Below, one piece after another: positions 20,148 to 30,044 of a stretch of 64,000 nucleotides of DNA. Under the pieces are notes generated by a model. That model ran no database searches. It was not told the origin of the DNA and saw nothing but the letters and a program-made list of their open reading frames with translations. Origin of the DNA: an uncultured Thiotrichaceae bacterium (GTDB lineage Bacteria > Pseudomonadota > Gammaproteobacteria > SZUA-229); assembly GCA_964600755.1 (NCBI GenBank), contig CAZRKQ010000039.1, positions 421-64,420 of the forward strand. Direction: 5' to 3'. The position numbers were made by a program, and so were the translations under genes. Numbering within the stretch: position 1 is the stretch's first letter; every line of letters begins with the position of its first letter.

Positions 20148-20257
20148 ACAACAGTATTTATTCGCTCACCTGGTGCCAAGGTGATAGTAAATGTTGATCT
20201 TGTAGCATTGGCCGTGCTTCAATACACGCTCTTCAGCTTTTCTCAAGGCAATGCTAT

Positions 20258-20710
20258 ATGACTGCTACTTCAATCATGGACCCCCATCCAACGGTGGTGA
20301 AGTCAACCGACATCATCAAAACCGCGATTGGTTATATCATGGATAATCGCTACAGAAACCTGCCTGTTGTCGATGATGACGGCCATTACCTGGGCAGCTT
20401 CGGCGTCACCTGCCTGCTGAAGAATGTTTTACCGAAAGCAGTGTTGATGAAGAAGGGTCTGACCAGTGTTCCATTCGTGCAGGAAACGCTGTCTGACCTG
20501 CACAACCGTTTGATCGAACTTGAAAACGAGCCTGTTTCCACGTGCATGAACACGGAAGCCCAAACTGTTCCGCCGGATATGCCACTGGTTCAAACACTGC
20601 TGATTCTCTATCAAAACAAGGACAGTCTACCCGTGGTTGAATCTGATAACGGCAAACTGCTGGGTGTGATTTCCTACTGGGATGCCGGCGAAAAAATCCT
20701 GTCGGCTTAG
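20258..20710 (+). CDS. CBS-domain pair protein
   Basis: 150 aa; two CBS-like segments (NLPVVDDDGHYLGSFGV..., SLPVVESDNGKLLGVIS). Confidence 0.7.
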   Translation: MTATSIMDPHPTVVKSTDIIKTAIGYIMDNRYRNLPVVDDDGHYLGSFGVTCLLKNVLPKAVLMKKGLTSVPFVQETLSDLHNRLIELENEPVSTCMNTEAQTVPPDMPLVQTLLILYQNKDSLPVVESDNGKLLGVISYWDAGEKILSA

Positions 20711-20721
20711 CGGAGAATATT

Positions 20722-22059
20722 ATGCACGAGGCACATCAGGCTTCGATTATCTTTGGCCTGGATCCGGTATGGTATGCAGGTGTACTCTTTATCCTGACTT
20801 ACACTTTAATCGTGGCCGAAAAACTGAATCGTGCCATTGTTGCAGTCAGTGCGGCCAGCCTGATGGTTGTCGGTGGTGTACTTACCCAGGAGGCGGCTGT
20901 ACAGGGCATCGATTTCAATACCATTGGCTTGCTCACCGGCATGATGGTCATTGTCGGTATATCGCGCAAATCGGGCGTGTTCCAGTACCTTGCAATCTGG
21001 TCTGCGAAGCAGGTTAAAGCTGACCCGTGGGGCATACTTGTTATGCTGGTGCTGGTGACGGCAGTGCTCTCGGCCTTGCTCGACAACGTCACCACCGTGT
21101 TGCTGATCGCACCGGTAACGCTGTTGATAACGGACGAGCTCAAGGTCAATGCCTATCCCTACCTGTTCGCCATGATCTTTGCATCCAATATCGGCGGTAC
21201 CGCAACATTGATTGGTGATCCCCCAAATATCATGATCGGCAGTGCAGTGGGATTAAGCTTTAATGATTTCATCATTAACCTTGCGCCAATTGCTTTTGTG
21301 ATCCTGATGATGTTTATTGTACCGCTTTACTTTTTCTGGGGGCGCAAGCTTGAGGCCAGCAGTGAAAGACGGCAAAAAGTCATGAACTACCGTGAAGCCG
21401 ACGCCATTACTGATCATCGACTGTTGAAGCAATCGCTGTTTGTGATCGCGATCGTGATCACCGGTTTCATTATGTCCCACTCAATAGGCGCGGAGCCGGC
21501 TACTATTGCCCTGTTCGGTGCAGCTTTGCTGCTGATATTGGATAACCTGCCACGCAATATTGAAGAGCAGTCCGAAAATGTTCACAAAAGTTTCAGTGAG
21601 GTTGAATGGACCACCATATTCTTTTTCATAGGCCTGTTCATCGTTGTCTATGGCGTAGAGACAGTCGGCATACTCGAAATACTGGCTGAACATGTTATCA
21701 GCCTGACAGGTGGCGATCTCGGTGTCACCGCACTCACAATACTCTGGGTGTCCGCTGTTGCCTCGGCTATTGTGGATAATATTCCATTTGTGGCGACCAT
21801 GATTCCACTGATAGAAAGTATGGCAACTGATTTTGGTGGTACCGAGCAACTGATGCCGTTGTGGTGGTCGCTTGCGCTTGGCGCATGTCTCGGTGGTAAC
21901 GGCAGTCTTATAGGCGCAAGTGCAAACCTGATTGTTGCGGGTTTTGCCGAGCGGTCAGGTCAGCCGATCCGTTTTCTGCCGTTCATGTTGATGGCATTCC
22001 CGTTGATGCTGGTATCCATAGCAGTTAGCACGGTGTATGTCTACTGGCGATTTTTATAG
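20722..22059 (+). CDS. ArsB/NhaD-superfamily permease (anion/Na+ transporter-like)
   Basis: 445 aa, ~12 TM; IGGTATLIGDPPNIMIGSAV and LGGNGSLIGASANLIV duplicated permease motifs typical of ArsB/NhaD/CitMHS fold. Confidence 0.65.
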   Translation: MHEAHQASIIFGLDPVWYAGVLFILTYTLIVAEKLNRAIVAVSAASLMVVGGVLTQEAAVQGIDFNTIGLLTGMMVIVGISRKSGVFQYLAIWSAKQVKADPWGILVMLVLVTAVLSALLDNVTTVLLIAPVTLLITDELKVNAYPYLFAMIFASNIGGTATLIGDPPNIMIGSAVGLSFNDFIINLAPIAFVILMMFIVPLYFFWGRKLEASSERRQKVMNYREADAITDHRLLKQSLFVIAIVITGFIMSHSIGAEPATIALFGAALLLILDNLPRNIEEQSENVHKSFSEVEWTTIFFFIGLFIVVYGVETVGILEILAEHVISLTGGDLGVTALTILWVSAVASAIVDNIPFVATMIPLIESMATDFGGTEQLMPLWWSLALGACLGGNGSLIGASANLIVAGFAERSGQPIRFLPFMLMAFPLMLVSIAVSTVYVYWRFL

Positions 22060-22101
22060 TTAATAACACGGCACTGAATAATAAGGAGTAAATCGCTGTT
22101 G

Positions 22102-24102
22102 TTAGTTTAAGTCCATGGTGGATTCCGGTTTTGTCCCTGCTTCGAATAATGTCATCGACCTGGGTTGGCATACGCGAGAGCAATACTGGTTGAGTTCATC
22201 ATAAAGCTGTTCTGCTTTATTCAGGTAGCGGCGTGAAAAATGGAATGGAACCAGGCGAGAAACTCCAGCTTGTGTGGCAATCTCACCACAGGCGCGCGTC
22301 GTTAAATGACCATTCTGTGTTGCATGGTCTACATCAGCTTCAACAAATGCGCTCTCGCAAAATAATGTATGCGCATGTTGTGCAAAGTGGATTAACTGCT
22401 GACGATTGTCTTGCGTGTCTGCAAGATCGGTGGCATACACCAGTTTTTTTCCGGGTGTTATCAGCACCAGTTCATCAGCCAGGGTGCCGGCGTATTCATA
22501 ACTTTCGTCAGGCAGCTGAATCGCTGCTGACAGATTGTTACTGAGCAACGCCTGTTTTAACTCGTTCAGCCAGGGTCCCGGATCAAGTCCGCGTGCCTTG
22601 AGTCGATCTTTGCGAATGTTAATCTGTTGGTCGGCTTTAAGTGCATAAGCAATTACCGGCGTACCCTGATGATCAAGTGTCAGGCCACGTATGCGAAAAC
22701 CTGTCTCAACAAGCAGTTCACCATTCACCGCTGTTTTTTCATTGAATAACTGCGCTTTAACATTGCCGGCCAGTAAACGAAAACATTTCAAGCGGTCGTT
22801 GTGTAGCTCCATCACCTCAAAGGCCGGAGCATTATTTTCTATACGATCCCACAGAATGCCTTGCAGAAAACCTGCAATATGTCGGGCCAGGCCTGGCGGG
22901 CCATAGAGCCGACACACCGGATAATCGCCTATGCGCGAACGTAATAACCAGAGAAAGCCGCTGATGTGATCCATATGTGCATGACTGATAAATACATCAG
23001 TTACCTGGTGCGCAATGCGTGCTGGCAGACGCCCACCATCACCCAGGTCAAACAACAAACTGCGTCGTTGATGGCGCATGCGCAGATGTAACAATGGATC
23101 ACCAAACACGCCATTAACCAACGCCACATCAACAGCGCCGACACGGCCGACGATGCGTGGGCCATTATTGACATCAATTGATGGCAGCACGTCGTTTGGC
23201 GGCAGATAGTCAAAGCGCTCGGCGGCATAAGGTTTTGCGGTTTCAATATAGCCATCTTGACTCCGTGCAGCATCACGTATCAACAGTGTGTCTGCGTCAC
23301 CTGCTACGCCTGAAAGCGTAACTGTCAACAAATCAGACTCAACATGCTCTACCTCGCCCATGGCTAAGGTACGATTCGTTTGCAACAAGGCTACCTGTTT
23401 ACCTGGCCAGGCGCTGGTTTCAGCTGGCAATGGCGGTGTACCGGTTACATTCAGCCTGGCAAGATCAAGTGTTTGCTCTGTCGCATTGGCCAGATAAGCA
23501 TCCCACTGCGCGGTGCGCTGCCGGGCCCGTACTCGTTTACCAGGCCGTTTCGCCTCGGTGGCTGCATTAACCACGAATACCTCTAGCGGCAATGCACATA
23601 ATTCCTCCAGCAGTGGCGGCGGCCGCCCAGGTGCAGTTAATGCCAGAATTACATCCACAGCTGTCGCTTCAACCAGTCCTTGAAGAAGCTCGCGTCCGGT
23701 GACACCGCGGACCACACCGGGTGCATCGATCAACGCCATACCGGCTGGCAACTGCTGTGCCAGTATTCTGGCTGCAGATACCAGGGGTAAACGAAAGCGT
23801 CCTGCATCTAATGTGCATAACGCTGCAATGTCGGCGACCTGCCAGTGATCATCTCGCCACACTGCTGTCGATACTGAACCAGGCACACCAAACGCCGGCG
23901 AACCGGGATCGGCGTTCAGACAACAACATGGGCGTTGCAAATCAAAAAGAACTTTCGCTAACTGCGCAGCTAATGTCGATTTACCAACACCCATTGGGCC
24001 GAACAGTAATACACGCCGGTCATGTTTCATCACCGTGTTGACAATATCTGCAGCATCCAGTGCCAGTACTGGCAAATCATCAACGGTCTTGCTGGTATTC
24101 AT
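22102..24102 (-). CDS. Fusion: Clp1/Grc3-like P-loop polynucleotide kinase domain + metallo-beta-lactamase-fold hydrolase domain
   Basis: 666 aa; N-terminus LLFGPMGVGKSTLAAQLAKVLFDLQRPCCCLNADPGSPAFGVPGSVS resembles Clp1 Walker A followed by LD.GQ...PG element, then IDAPGVVRG...VDVILAL; C-terminal half has MBL HxHxDH motif (ISHAHMDHISGF) and downstream His/Asp ligands. Confidence 0.55.
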   Translation of the reverse strand: MNTSKTVDDLPVLALDAADIVNTVMKHDRRVLLFGPMGVGKSTLAAQLAKVLFDLQRPCCCLNADPGSPAFGVPGSVSTAVWRDDHWQVADIAALCTLDAGRFRLPLVSAARILAQQLPAGMALIDAPGVVRGVTGRELLQGLVEATAVDVILALTAPGRPPPLLEELCALPLEVFVVNAATEAKRPGKRVRARQRTAQWDAYLANATEQTLDLARLNVTGTPPLPAETSAWPGKQVALLQTNRTLAMGEVEHVESDLLTVTLSGVAGDADTLLIRDAARSQDGYIETAKPYAAERFDYLPPNDVLPSIDVNNGPRIVGRVGAVDVALVNGVFGDPLLHLRMRHQRRSLLFDLGDGGRLPARIAHQVTDVFISHAHMDHISGFLWLLRSRIGDYPVCRLYGPPGLARHIAGFLQGILWDRIENNAPAFEVMELHNDRLKCFRLLAGNVKAQLFNEKTAVNGELLVETGFRIRGLTLDHQGTPVIAYALKADQQINIRKDRLKARGLDPGPWLNELKQALLSNNLSAAIQLPDESYEYAGTLADELVLITPGKKLVYATDLADTQDNRQQLIHFAQHAHTLFCESAFVEADVDHATQNGHLTTRACGEIATQAGVSRLVPFHFSRRYLNKAEQLYDELNQYCSRVCQPRSMTLFEAGTKPESTMDLN

Positions 24103-24292
24103 GCTATTCCGTCTTAAACGTATCGTTTAATTATCAGTTAATTGTACTTACATATTAAGCATACCGAATAAAAGGGGAGGAGGGTTTAAATAATGTCTAA
24201 TTTCACATAATGCTTGAATATTAATCCATCCGTTCACTTTATTATCCTGTTCTATATGAATAAACTGACGGAATAACACAAGGAGAATACAC

Positions 24293-24646
24293 ATGGAAGT
24301 TAAAGCCACGATCAAGCCGGGCCAGAATGGTACCAAGCGTTACACCAGGCAGTATGGAGACCAGCTCGTATGCGTCCGATACCGCTATGACAAACGCAGA
24401 CAGAAACGCCTGACAACCGTCGAACTCATCGTCTATGAGCAGGACTGGATCCAGGGAATAACCATACCACCCGATAAAATCGTACCCATAAGAATTGCCT
24501 ACGGCGAGACAGAATTAAGGGAAAAAGTAAAAGTAGCGGGTGCGTATTGGGACAGCAAGAAAAAATTCTGGAAGTTGAGCTTCAGGCTGGTGTATGCGCT
24601 TGGGTTGGAAAAGAGAATAATCGATGAATTTGATCATTTGGAATAA
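24293..24646 (+). CDS. Hypothetical small basic protein (possible cassette ORF)
   Basis: 117 aa; no motif recognised; AT-rich flanks; followed by AAAGTTAGCC motif at 24751. Confidence 0.4.
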   Translation: MEVKATIKPGQNGTKRYTRQYGDQLVCVRYRYDKRRQKRLTTVELIVYEQDWIQGITIPPDKIVPIRIAYGETELREKVKVAGAYWDSKKKFWKLSFRLVYALGLEKRIIDEFDHLE

Positions 24647-24818
24647 TACTAAAATAACTAATTTACATATAAAGATATTTAGTTACCATATTTAGAAATT
24701 GGATATATAGATGAATAAATTATTACTACTTTTAGAAACGTCCCATACTTAAAGTTAGCCGCTAAGCGTATTTCCTAATTGATGCCAAAAGGCACACATC
24801 TATGCTATCCTTTCCCAC

Positions 24819-25097
24819 ATGAAGCCCATTAATTGGAGTCCTGAAAAGAATCAACAACTTATAGAAGAGCGTGGCATTTCCTTTGAAGATGTTGTTTTCT
24901 ATTTACAGCAAGACGCACTATTAGATGATATTGAACATCCGAATGGAGATAAATATCCAAATCAGCGAATCTTTGTTATCAGCATTGATGATTACGTGCA
25001 CCTTGTTCCATATATTGAAGATCGAAAGGAAATATTTCTAAAGACAATCATACCTAGTAGAAAAGCTACAAAGCAGTATCTTGGAGAAGAGTCATGA
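24819..25097 (+). CDS. brnT: BrnT-family (DUF497) ribonuclease toxin
   Basis: 92 aa; INWSPEKNQQLIEERGISFEDV and C-terminal IIPSRKATKQYL match BrnT W(D/S)xxKNxxNxxxHGVSFEE ... IISARRATxxER pattern; 4-bp overlap with downstream antitoxin. Confidence 0.7.
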   Translation: MKPINWSPEKNQQLIEERGISFEDVVFYLQQDALLDDIEHPNGDKYPNQRIFVISIDDYVHLVPYIEDRKEIFLKTIIPSRKATKQYLGEES

Positions 25098-25414
25098 GCA
25101 AATCAAAACTTTCTAAAGAGGAAAAAGAAATTCTCAAAGATTTCGAGGCTGGTGAATTCAAATCGGTTCTTACATCAAAACGTAAAAAAGCGATTCAAGC
25201 CTCTGCAGAGGAAACCTTTAAAAAGGATAAACGAATCAATATTAGGATCTCGAGCCGTGATCTTGAGTCATTACAACGTAGAGCATTAGAAGAAGGTATA
25301 CCCTATCAAACTTTGGTATCTAGTGTTCTACATAAATATGTGTCAGGTAGTTTGCGTGATATAGCGGCTAACAAGGCGCTCAACAAGGATGTGCAAAAAA
25401 CGCGCACCCGTTAG
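25094..25414 (+). CDS. brnA: BrnA-family antitoxin (RHH/CopG-like)
   Basis: 106 aa; RISSRDLESLQRRALEEGIPYQTLVSSVLHKYVSG typical of BrnA C-terminal RHH region. Confidence 0.7.
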   Translation: MSKSKLSKEEKEILKDFEAGEFKSVLTSKRKKAIQASAEETFKKDKRINIRISSRDLESLQRRALEEGIPYQTLVSSVLHKYVSGSLRDIAANKALNKDVQKTRTR

Positions 25415-25428
25415 CTTAAACGTTAGGT
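25366..25428 (+). mobile_element. attC (59-base-element-like) recombination site, cassette boundary after brnTA
   Basis: GGCTAACAAGGCGCTCAACAAGGATGTGCAAAAAACGCGCACCCGTTAGCTTAAACGTTAGGT: RYYYAAC-like start, internal GC palindrome region, terminal GTTAGGT core (GTTRRRY); overlaps brnA 3' end as is common for cassettes; homologous to site at 26127-26189. Confidence 0.5.
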
Positions 25429-25478
25429 TTTTTATAAGAGTGTATTAAATTTTTTTAAGCAATAATGAGGGAAAAACG

Positions 25479-26099
25479 ATGAAATTATATTACTCCCCTG
25501 GCTCTGGCGCACTTGCTTCACACATCACCATTCGAGAACTGAACTTGGATGTAGATCTAATTAAAGTAGATGTTCAAGTTGAGAATAAAACAGAAACCGG
25601 GGATGATTATCATAATATCAACCCTAAAGATTATGTACCGTATCTGGCTATAGATTCAAATATCAATTTATCGGAAGGTGTAGCAATACTTCAATATTTA
25701 GCTGACCAAAACCCTGAAGGCAATATGACTCCGCTTGAAGGAACCCCAGAACGGTATCAACTTCAGGAATGGTTGACATTTATAGCTACAGAGCCTCAAC
25801 GAATTCTTGGTTCTTTCTTCATTCCAGATAATCTTACCGAAGCGGGACTCACGTTTGCGAAAAACAGATTGCATCATAGGCTGGCGATTATGGAAGATCG
25901 ACTTACTCAAAATGAATACCTCGCAGGAACAAATTACACAATAGCTGATGCATACGCATTTGCTATCTTGAATTGGATACCTGCTTTTAATCTTGATATT
26001 GATATAAGCGCCTACAAGAATCTTAGTATCTATTTGGACAAAATTAGACAGCGAGAAGCCGTTCAAACAGCTATGAAAGAAGAGGGATTGTTAGTGTAA
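25479..26099 (+). CDS. Glutathione S-transferase (cassette-borne)
   Basis: 206 aa; N-terminal thioredoxin-like GST fold (MKLYYSPGSGALASHI) and C-terminal alpha domain. Confidence 0.8.
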   Translation: MKLYYSPGSGALASHITIRELNLDVDLIKVDVQVENKTETGDDYHNINPKDYVPYLAIDSNINLSEGVAILQYLADQNPEGNMTPLEGTPERYQLQEWLTFIATEPQRILGSFFIPDNLTEAGLTFAKNRLHHRLAIMEDRLTQNEYLAGTNYTIADAYAFAILNWIPAFNLDIDISAYKNLSIYLDKIRQREAVQTAMKEEGLLV

Positions 26100-26126
26100 T
26101 CTACAATTATTTATGCGCGAGTCTAA

Positions 26127-26189
26127 ACCTAACAAATCACTCAACCGGACGCGCTATATAGCGCGCGCCCGTTAGCTCAACCGTTAGCG
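26127..26189 (+). mobile_element. attC (59-base-element-like) recombination site downstream of GST cassette
   Basis: ACCTAACAAATCACTCAACCGGACGCGCTATATAGCGCGCGCCCGTTAGCTCAACCGTTAGCG aligns block-by-block with the aadA1 59-be (GCCTAACAATTCGTTCAAGCCGACGCC...GCGCGGCTTAACTCAAGCGTTAGAT): inverse core ACCTAAC, central palindrome GCGCGCTATATAGCGCGC, terminal GTTAG core. Confidence 0.6.
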
Positions 26190-26283
26190 AGCAAAATTAG
26201 CGTCAAAATAAATCCGGGTCAGAGAGCAATTCGTTTTAATATAAAGATCAACAGCGCCTGGATCGATTGATTACTTTCTTTGG

Positions 26284-26320
26284 CAAAGACAAAAGCCCGC
26301 ATAAGCGGGCTTTTGTCTTG
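26284..26320. terminator. Strong hairpin between convergent GST cassette and minus-strand membrane-protein gene
   Basis: caaagacaaaagcccgc-ATAA-gcgggcttttgtcttg, 16-17 bp perfect stem; lies 15 bp beyond the stop of the minus-strand gene. Confidence 0.5.
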
Positions 26321-26336
26321 CAGAATGGCAAGTGAC

Positions 26337-27530
26337 TTAACTATTCAGGTGTCTGCCCGCCCAGTTGTCCGCTATGGCCTTGGCCGCATCTTTGCCGCCG
26401 AAACCAAACGCGAGTGCAATGGCGACTGCGATGCTGCCCAGGGTGAAGCCAAAGGCCATGTTGACGATATTATCCGCCAGGCCCATCGCTCTCAGGCCCA
26501 TTGCCAGCACGAGGCCGAGAATGGCGAAACGTGCGATATTGGCTATGCCGGCACTGCTGCTACTGGATAGCTTCTGGTAGGCGATATTACCGAGGAAATT
26601 ACCAATCACCAGGATAATACTGCCGACCAGGATGCCACCACCAAACTCGATCACGCGCGCGAATATAAGCGAGATCACTTCGATGCCTAGCACATTGACG
26701 GCAGCCGTTGCTGCAGCCAGCATCGAAAAGAACATGATGGTGCCGCCGATCAGTTTTGTCACGGTGAAGCTTTCCGAGAAAATGCCGCTGATTCCCGCTT
26801 TCTCGGGTAATGCATTGATATGCATACCATCGAGCAGGCTACTCAGGATGTGTATCACGAACTTGGTTACCAGGTAGGCGACCAGCATGATTATACCTGC
26901 GCCGATGATATTCGGAATGGCTGCCATCAGCTTTTCGATCATTGCCGATGCCGGTTCCGAGATAGCGGGTATGCTCAGCACGCCCAGTGCGGATACAGCA
27001 ATGGGCAACAGGATGATGATGAAAACAAAAGCGCTTCCGAGCCCGGATACTTTTATTTCGTTATTACCCGTCCTGGATGCAATTTGTTCGTCAACCTTGC
27101 CAAGCGCCATTGAAACCATGCCTGACACAAGCTTTGCGATGATCCAGCCGGCATAACCAATCACGCCTGCGCCGATAATGTTTGGCACGGCACTGGTGAA
27201 CTTGTTAACCATGTCCTTCAGCGGCTCGAGTACATCGGTGAGTCCGAAATATTGCAGCACCGCAATCAATAAGAATATGGTTAGTAAGGCTTTTACCAGT
27301 GACGCAATGGGTGAGGCAAAGTCCACTGATGAGCCATCCTCACTGGAACGGTACAGAAAACCCACTTTCTTGAGTACACGCGCGATAATTCCCGAGATAA
27401 TCTTTACAACAAAAAGACCGGCTATGAGTATGAGCAGACCAACTATTGCATGACCCAGTTGCCCGGAAACGGCAGGTCCGAGTGCTTCTGTTATCCTGTT
27501 TAAAGTTTCTTCAATCATTTCTTTCTCCAA
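26337..27530 (-). CDS. Polytopic membrane protein with repeated conserved-TM-helix motifs
   Basis: 397 aa; repeated IPNIIGAG(V/I)I...K(L/F)V modules reminiscent of the conserved TM helix repeat seen in MscS-related proteins. Confidence 0.45.
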   Translation of the reverse strand: MEKEMIEETLNRITEALGPAVSGQLGHAIVGLLILIAGLFVVKIISGIIARVLKKVGFLYRSSEDGSSVDFASPIASLVKALLTIFLLIAVLQYFGLTDVLEPLKDMVNKFTSAVPNIIGAGVIGYAGWIIAKLVSGMVSMALGKVDEQIASRTGNNEIKVSGLGSAFVFIIILLPIAVSALGVLSIPAISEPASAMIEKLMAAIPNIIGAGIIMLVAYLVTKFVIHILSSLLDGMHINALPEKAGISGIFSESFTVTKLIGGTIMFFSMLAAATAAVNVLGIEVISLIFARVIEFGGGILVGSIILVIGNFLGNIAYQKLSSSSSAGIANIARFAILGLVLAMGLRAMGLADNIVNMAFGFTLGSIAVAIALAFGFGGKDAAKAIADNWAGRHLNS

Positions 27531-27604
27531 TTTAAGACCGGGCGGTTAGTACTCCCGGCCTTTTTCATTGATCCACCATTTCTACCTTATGGCAATACGT
27601 TTCT

Positions 27605-28012
27605 TTAGTGGGTGACCATGGGCTCTATGTTTTTCGCCTGCTCGACCCAATTGCTTACCTTGCTAGTAGCGGGTGACACTTTGCACAAGTGCTTTACGCC
27701 GTTCACTTCAGCCATTTTTTCGGCCAGGTTGTCCGCATTGCGTGTACGAAGTTCCTTAACAGTGTCTACGCCGGCGCCTTCAAGCAGTTCTGCGAACTGC
27801 CCGGCAACACCGTTGATCCTGAACAGGTCGCACATGTTTACCCACTTGAGGATCATTTTCTCATTGAGCTCAGTCTTTTCTGCCAGCGCCTTGCGGCCCT
27901 TTTTGCTGGCACCTGCCTCGAGCAGGTTCATTGTTGTTTTGATGCCTGCCTCGTTTAACATGGCAGCGTATTTTGGACCTATACCTTCTATATCCTTAAT
28001 ATTTTTAGACAT
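27605..28012 (-). CDS. DUF4332-like helix-hairpin-helix protein
   Basis: 135 aa; two DIEGIGPKYAAMLNEAGIKT / INGVAGQFAELLEGAGVDTV HhH-like repeats. Confidence 0.4.
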   Translation of the reverse strand: MSKNIKDIEGIGPKYAAMLNEAGIKTTMNLLEAGASKKGRKALAEKTELNEKMILKWVNMCDLFRINGVAGQFAELLEGAGVDTVKELRTRNADNLAEKMAEVNGVKHLCKVSPATSKVSNWVEQAKNIEPMVTH

Positions 28013-29057
28013 TAGATATTCCTCTCTTTGGACTTATATTGTTTATAAAATTAGCTGAACAGATTTTTTGCCATAACCAGTGCACCATCACCGGGATTCT
28101 CTGTCAGTGAAGACAGTGTGTCAGTCACGCCAGAGCTGCTCACAAATAATTCTGATATGGTCGAAATAGTTGAGTTCATAACCCATACCATCGGTAGCAA
28201 CTATTACGATCGATGCTGTCTCTGGAAGAAACGATGCGGCCTGTTCTGTCGAGAAGCTCGCTGTGCTCAAAGCTTCAGTTAATGTTCCCGCATGCTCTTC
28301 AAATATCCGCCCGACTAATTCCATAGCCGTCTCCGTTAAATATTTTCAATTCAATAATGCAGGCTGTGGACAAATAATATGAACTCGCTAGTTGATACAC
28401 AATTGCCAGTCGTCATCGTTAACTATTGTTTACAATTAAGAATAAAAGGGATCAGACCCATTTACCAAGTCTAAGAAGAAGAAATCGGAGATTTATTCAA
28501 AAGCTTAATCACATTCTTGTCATTCCCACGAAAGTTGTATTCTAGAAATGCCTGTTAATGCGAGCTTTTTATTAGCCTTTACTAATTTGCATCACATAAT
28601 CGAAAGGAGTAAATAAGAAGAACACTTCTAATGCATAGAGATATTAAGGAGGGTGCGGAAATTGAATGGATATTAGCCAGGAAAACAATTTATTGTCATT
28701 TTTATAAATCTCGTTTTGGTCCCTGATGAAAATTAAATAATTGATTAAATTACACCACATTTACTTATATGCCCAAATGTCGTAAAACAAATACGACATT
28801 TGGGTCCTCTAATTAAAGTTAGCTGCATTGATAATCAGGCTGAAATTATATGAGCCATACAGAAATCCACAGGTCACATCGGGTAGGATGGTTACGCGCA
28901 GCAGTGCTAGGCGCTAACGGCAGGAGTAGGCCGAATATTTGGTGTAGTTGCATGATGTGGCATTTAATAAAAGCGCTCACGTCAATATACACAGCTAACA
29001 ATCGGGTCAAGTTGACACCAAAAAGCGGCGCAACTTACCCAAGACGTAAACCGTAAT

Positions 29058-29570
29058 ATGATAACGAGCAAAGTAATAATTGATGACGCAAAAATACTGA
29101 TAAAGCATGAATCTTGTTCAGGTCCCAGTTGGTGTCGAAATAAAGAGATATTCATCGAATCTAATAGCGCTGAAAAGAACACACTATCAACGATAAAATT
29201 CGATGATTATTTGGATATTTATATATTTTGGGAGTCGTTTACTTCAGCCACATCGGTAGAAGTACTTTATGTGCCAGAAACTGGAGTAATGTTTATTGGG
29301 GCGGGAACTGTAAGTGCTCGAATTAGCACAAAAGACAGTTCACTCCTGGATTCAGATGACGTATGTTTATTTTGGGGGTTTGATCGTCACAAAGAAAAAT
29401 ATGTGCTAGAAACTGGTGAATTGGAGTGTTTTTTATATAACCTCGAAGGTAAGAAAATATCAACTGCGGTTGTTGATCCCCCGTATGAAACAAAAATATT
29501 GGAAAAAGGAATTAATTTTGAATCAATTGTGTCAGGAAGCACTTGGCTACTATATGAAGAAAACGTCTAA
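29058..29570 (+). CDS. Hypothetical protein (AT-rich putative cassette ORF A)
   Basis: 170 aa; low GC; no recognisable motif; 37 bp upstream of ORF B (possible two-gene cassette). Confidence 0.4.
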   Translation: MITSKVIIDDAKILIKHESCSGPSWCRNKEIFIESNSAEKNTLSTIKFDDYLDIYIFWESFTSATSVEVLYVPETGVMFIGAGTVSARISTKDSSLLDSDDVCLFWGFDRHKEKYVLETGELECFLYNLEGKKISTAVVDPPYETKILEKGINFESIVSGSTWLLYEENV

Positions 29571-29607
29571 CAAGTCATTCAAAAGGACTAAACCTACCCT
29601 ATAAAAA

Positions 29608-30033
29608 ATGGCAGACATAAAAGATTTAGAAACCTGCAACTACTTTCCAGTCGATAGTGTAAGTTTACTGTTTGTTGGATGGTTGTCTGGGGGATCCGAC
29701 TACGAAACAGGAAAAGTAAGCGAGGACTTTTTCAATAGGCTTTGTGAGCTATCTCATAACCCATGGCAACCGGTTGTAAGCGCAGGCATGCATTTTTGTG
29801 AACTTTGCCAATTTAATCCACCGGCTTTCACAAAGAATATATTTATTCCATATAAAGGTGTCATATATGTAGCTCCAGAGGCAATTACTCACTATATAGC
29901 AGTGCATTGGTATATGCCGCCTGCTATTTTTATTGAAGCAGTTCTGGCGTGCCCTGAGATGCAAAGCATGGAATATAAAAAAGCCATTTTGCAAAACGGT
30001 GGCAGAGGGTTAGTAAAATCAATAAAGGTCTAA
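29608..30033 (+). CDS. Hypothetical Cys-rich protein (putative cassette ORF B)
   Basis: 141 aa; conserved-looking HFCELCQF segment; followed by attC-like sequence. Confidence 0.4.
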   Translation: MADIKDLETCNYFPVDSVSLLFVGWLSGGSDYETGKVSEDFFNRLCELSHNPWQPVVSAGMHFCELCQFNPPAFTKNIFIPYKGVIYVAPEAITHYIAVHWYMPPAIFIEAVLACPEMQSMEYKKAILQNGGRGLVKSIKV

Positions 30034-30044
30034 TAAGTACATTA

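Noticed and set aside
24103-24292. Looked for an integron integrase (intI) and attI next to the cassette array
   Set aside because: No ORF in the window has tyrosine-recombinase motifs (R..H..R..Y). The gene abutting the array start is the Clp1-MBL fusion, so the array is reported as lacking an integrase in the window (CALIN-like).
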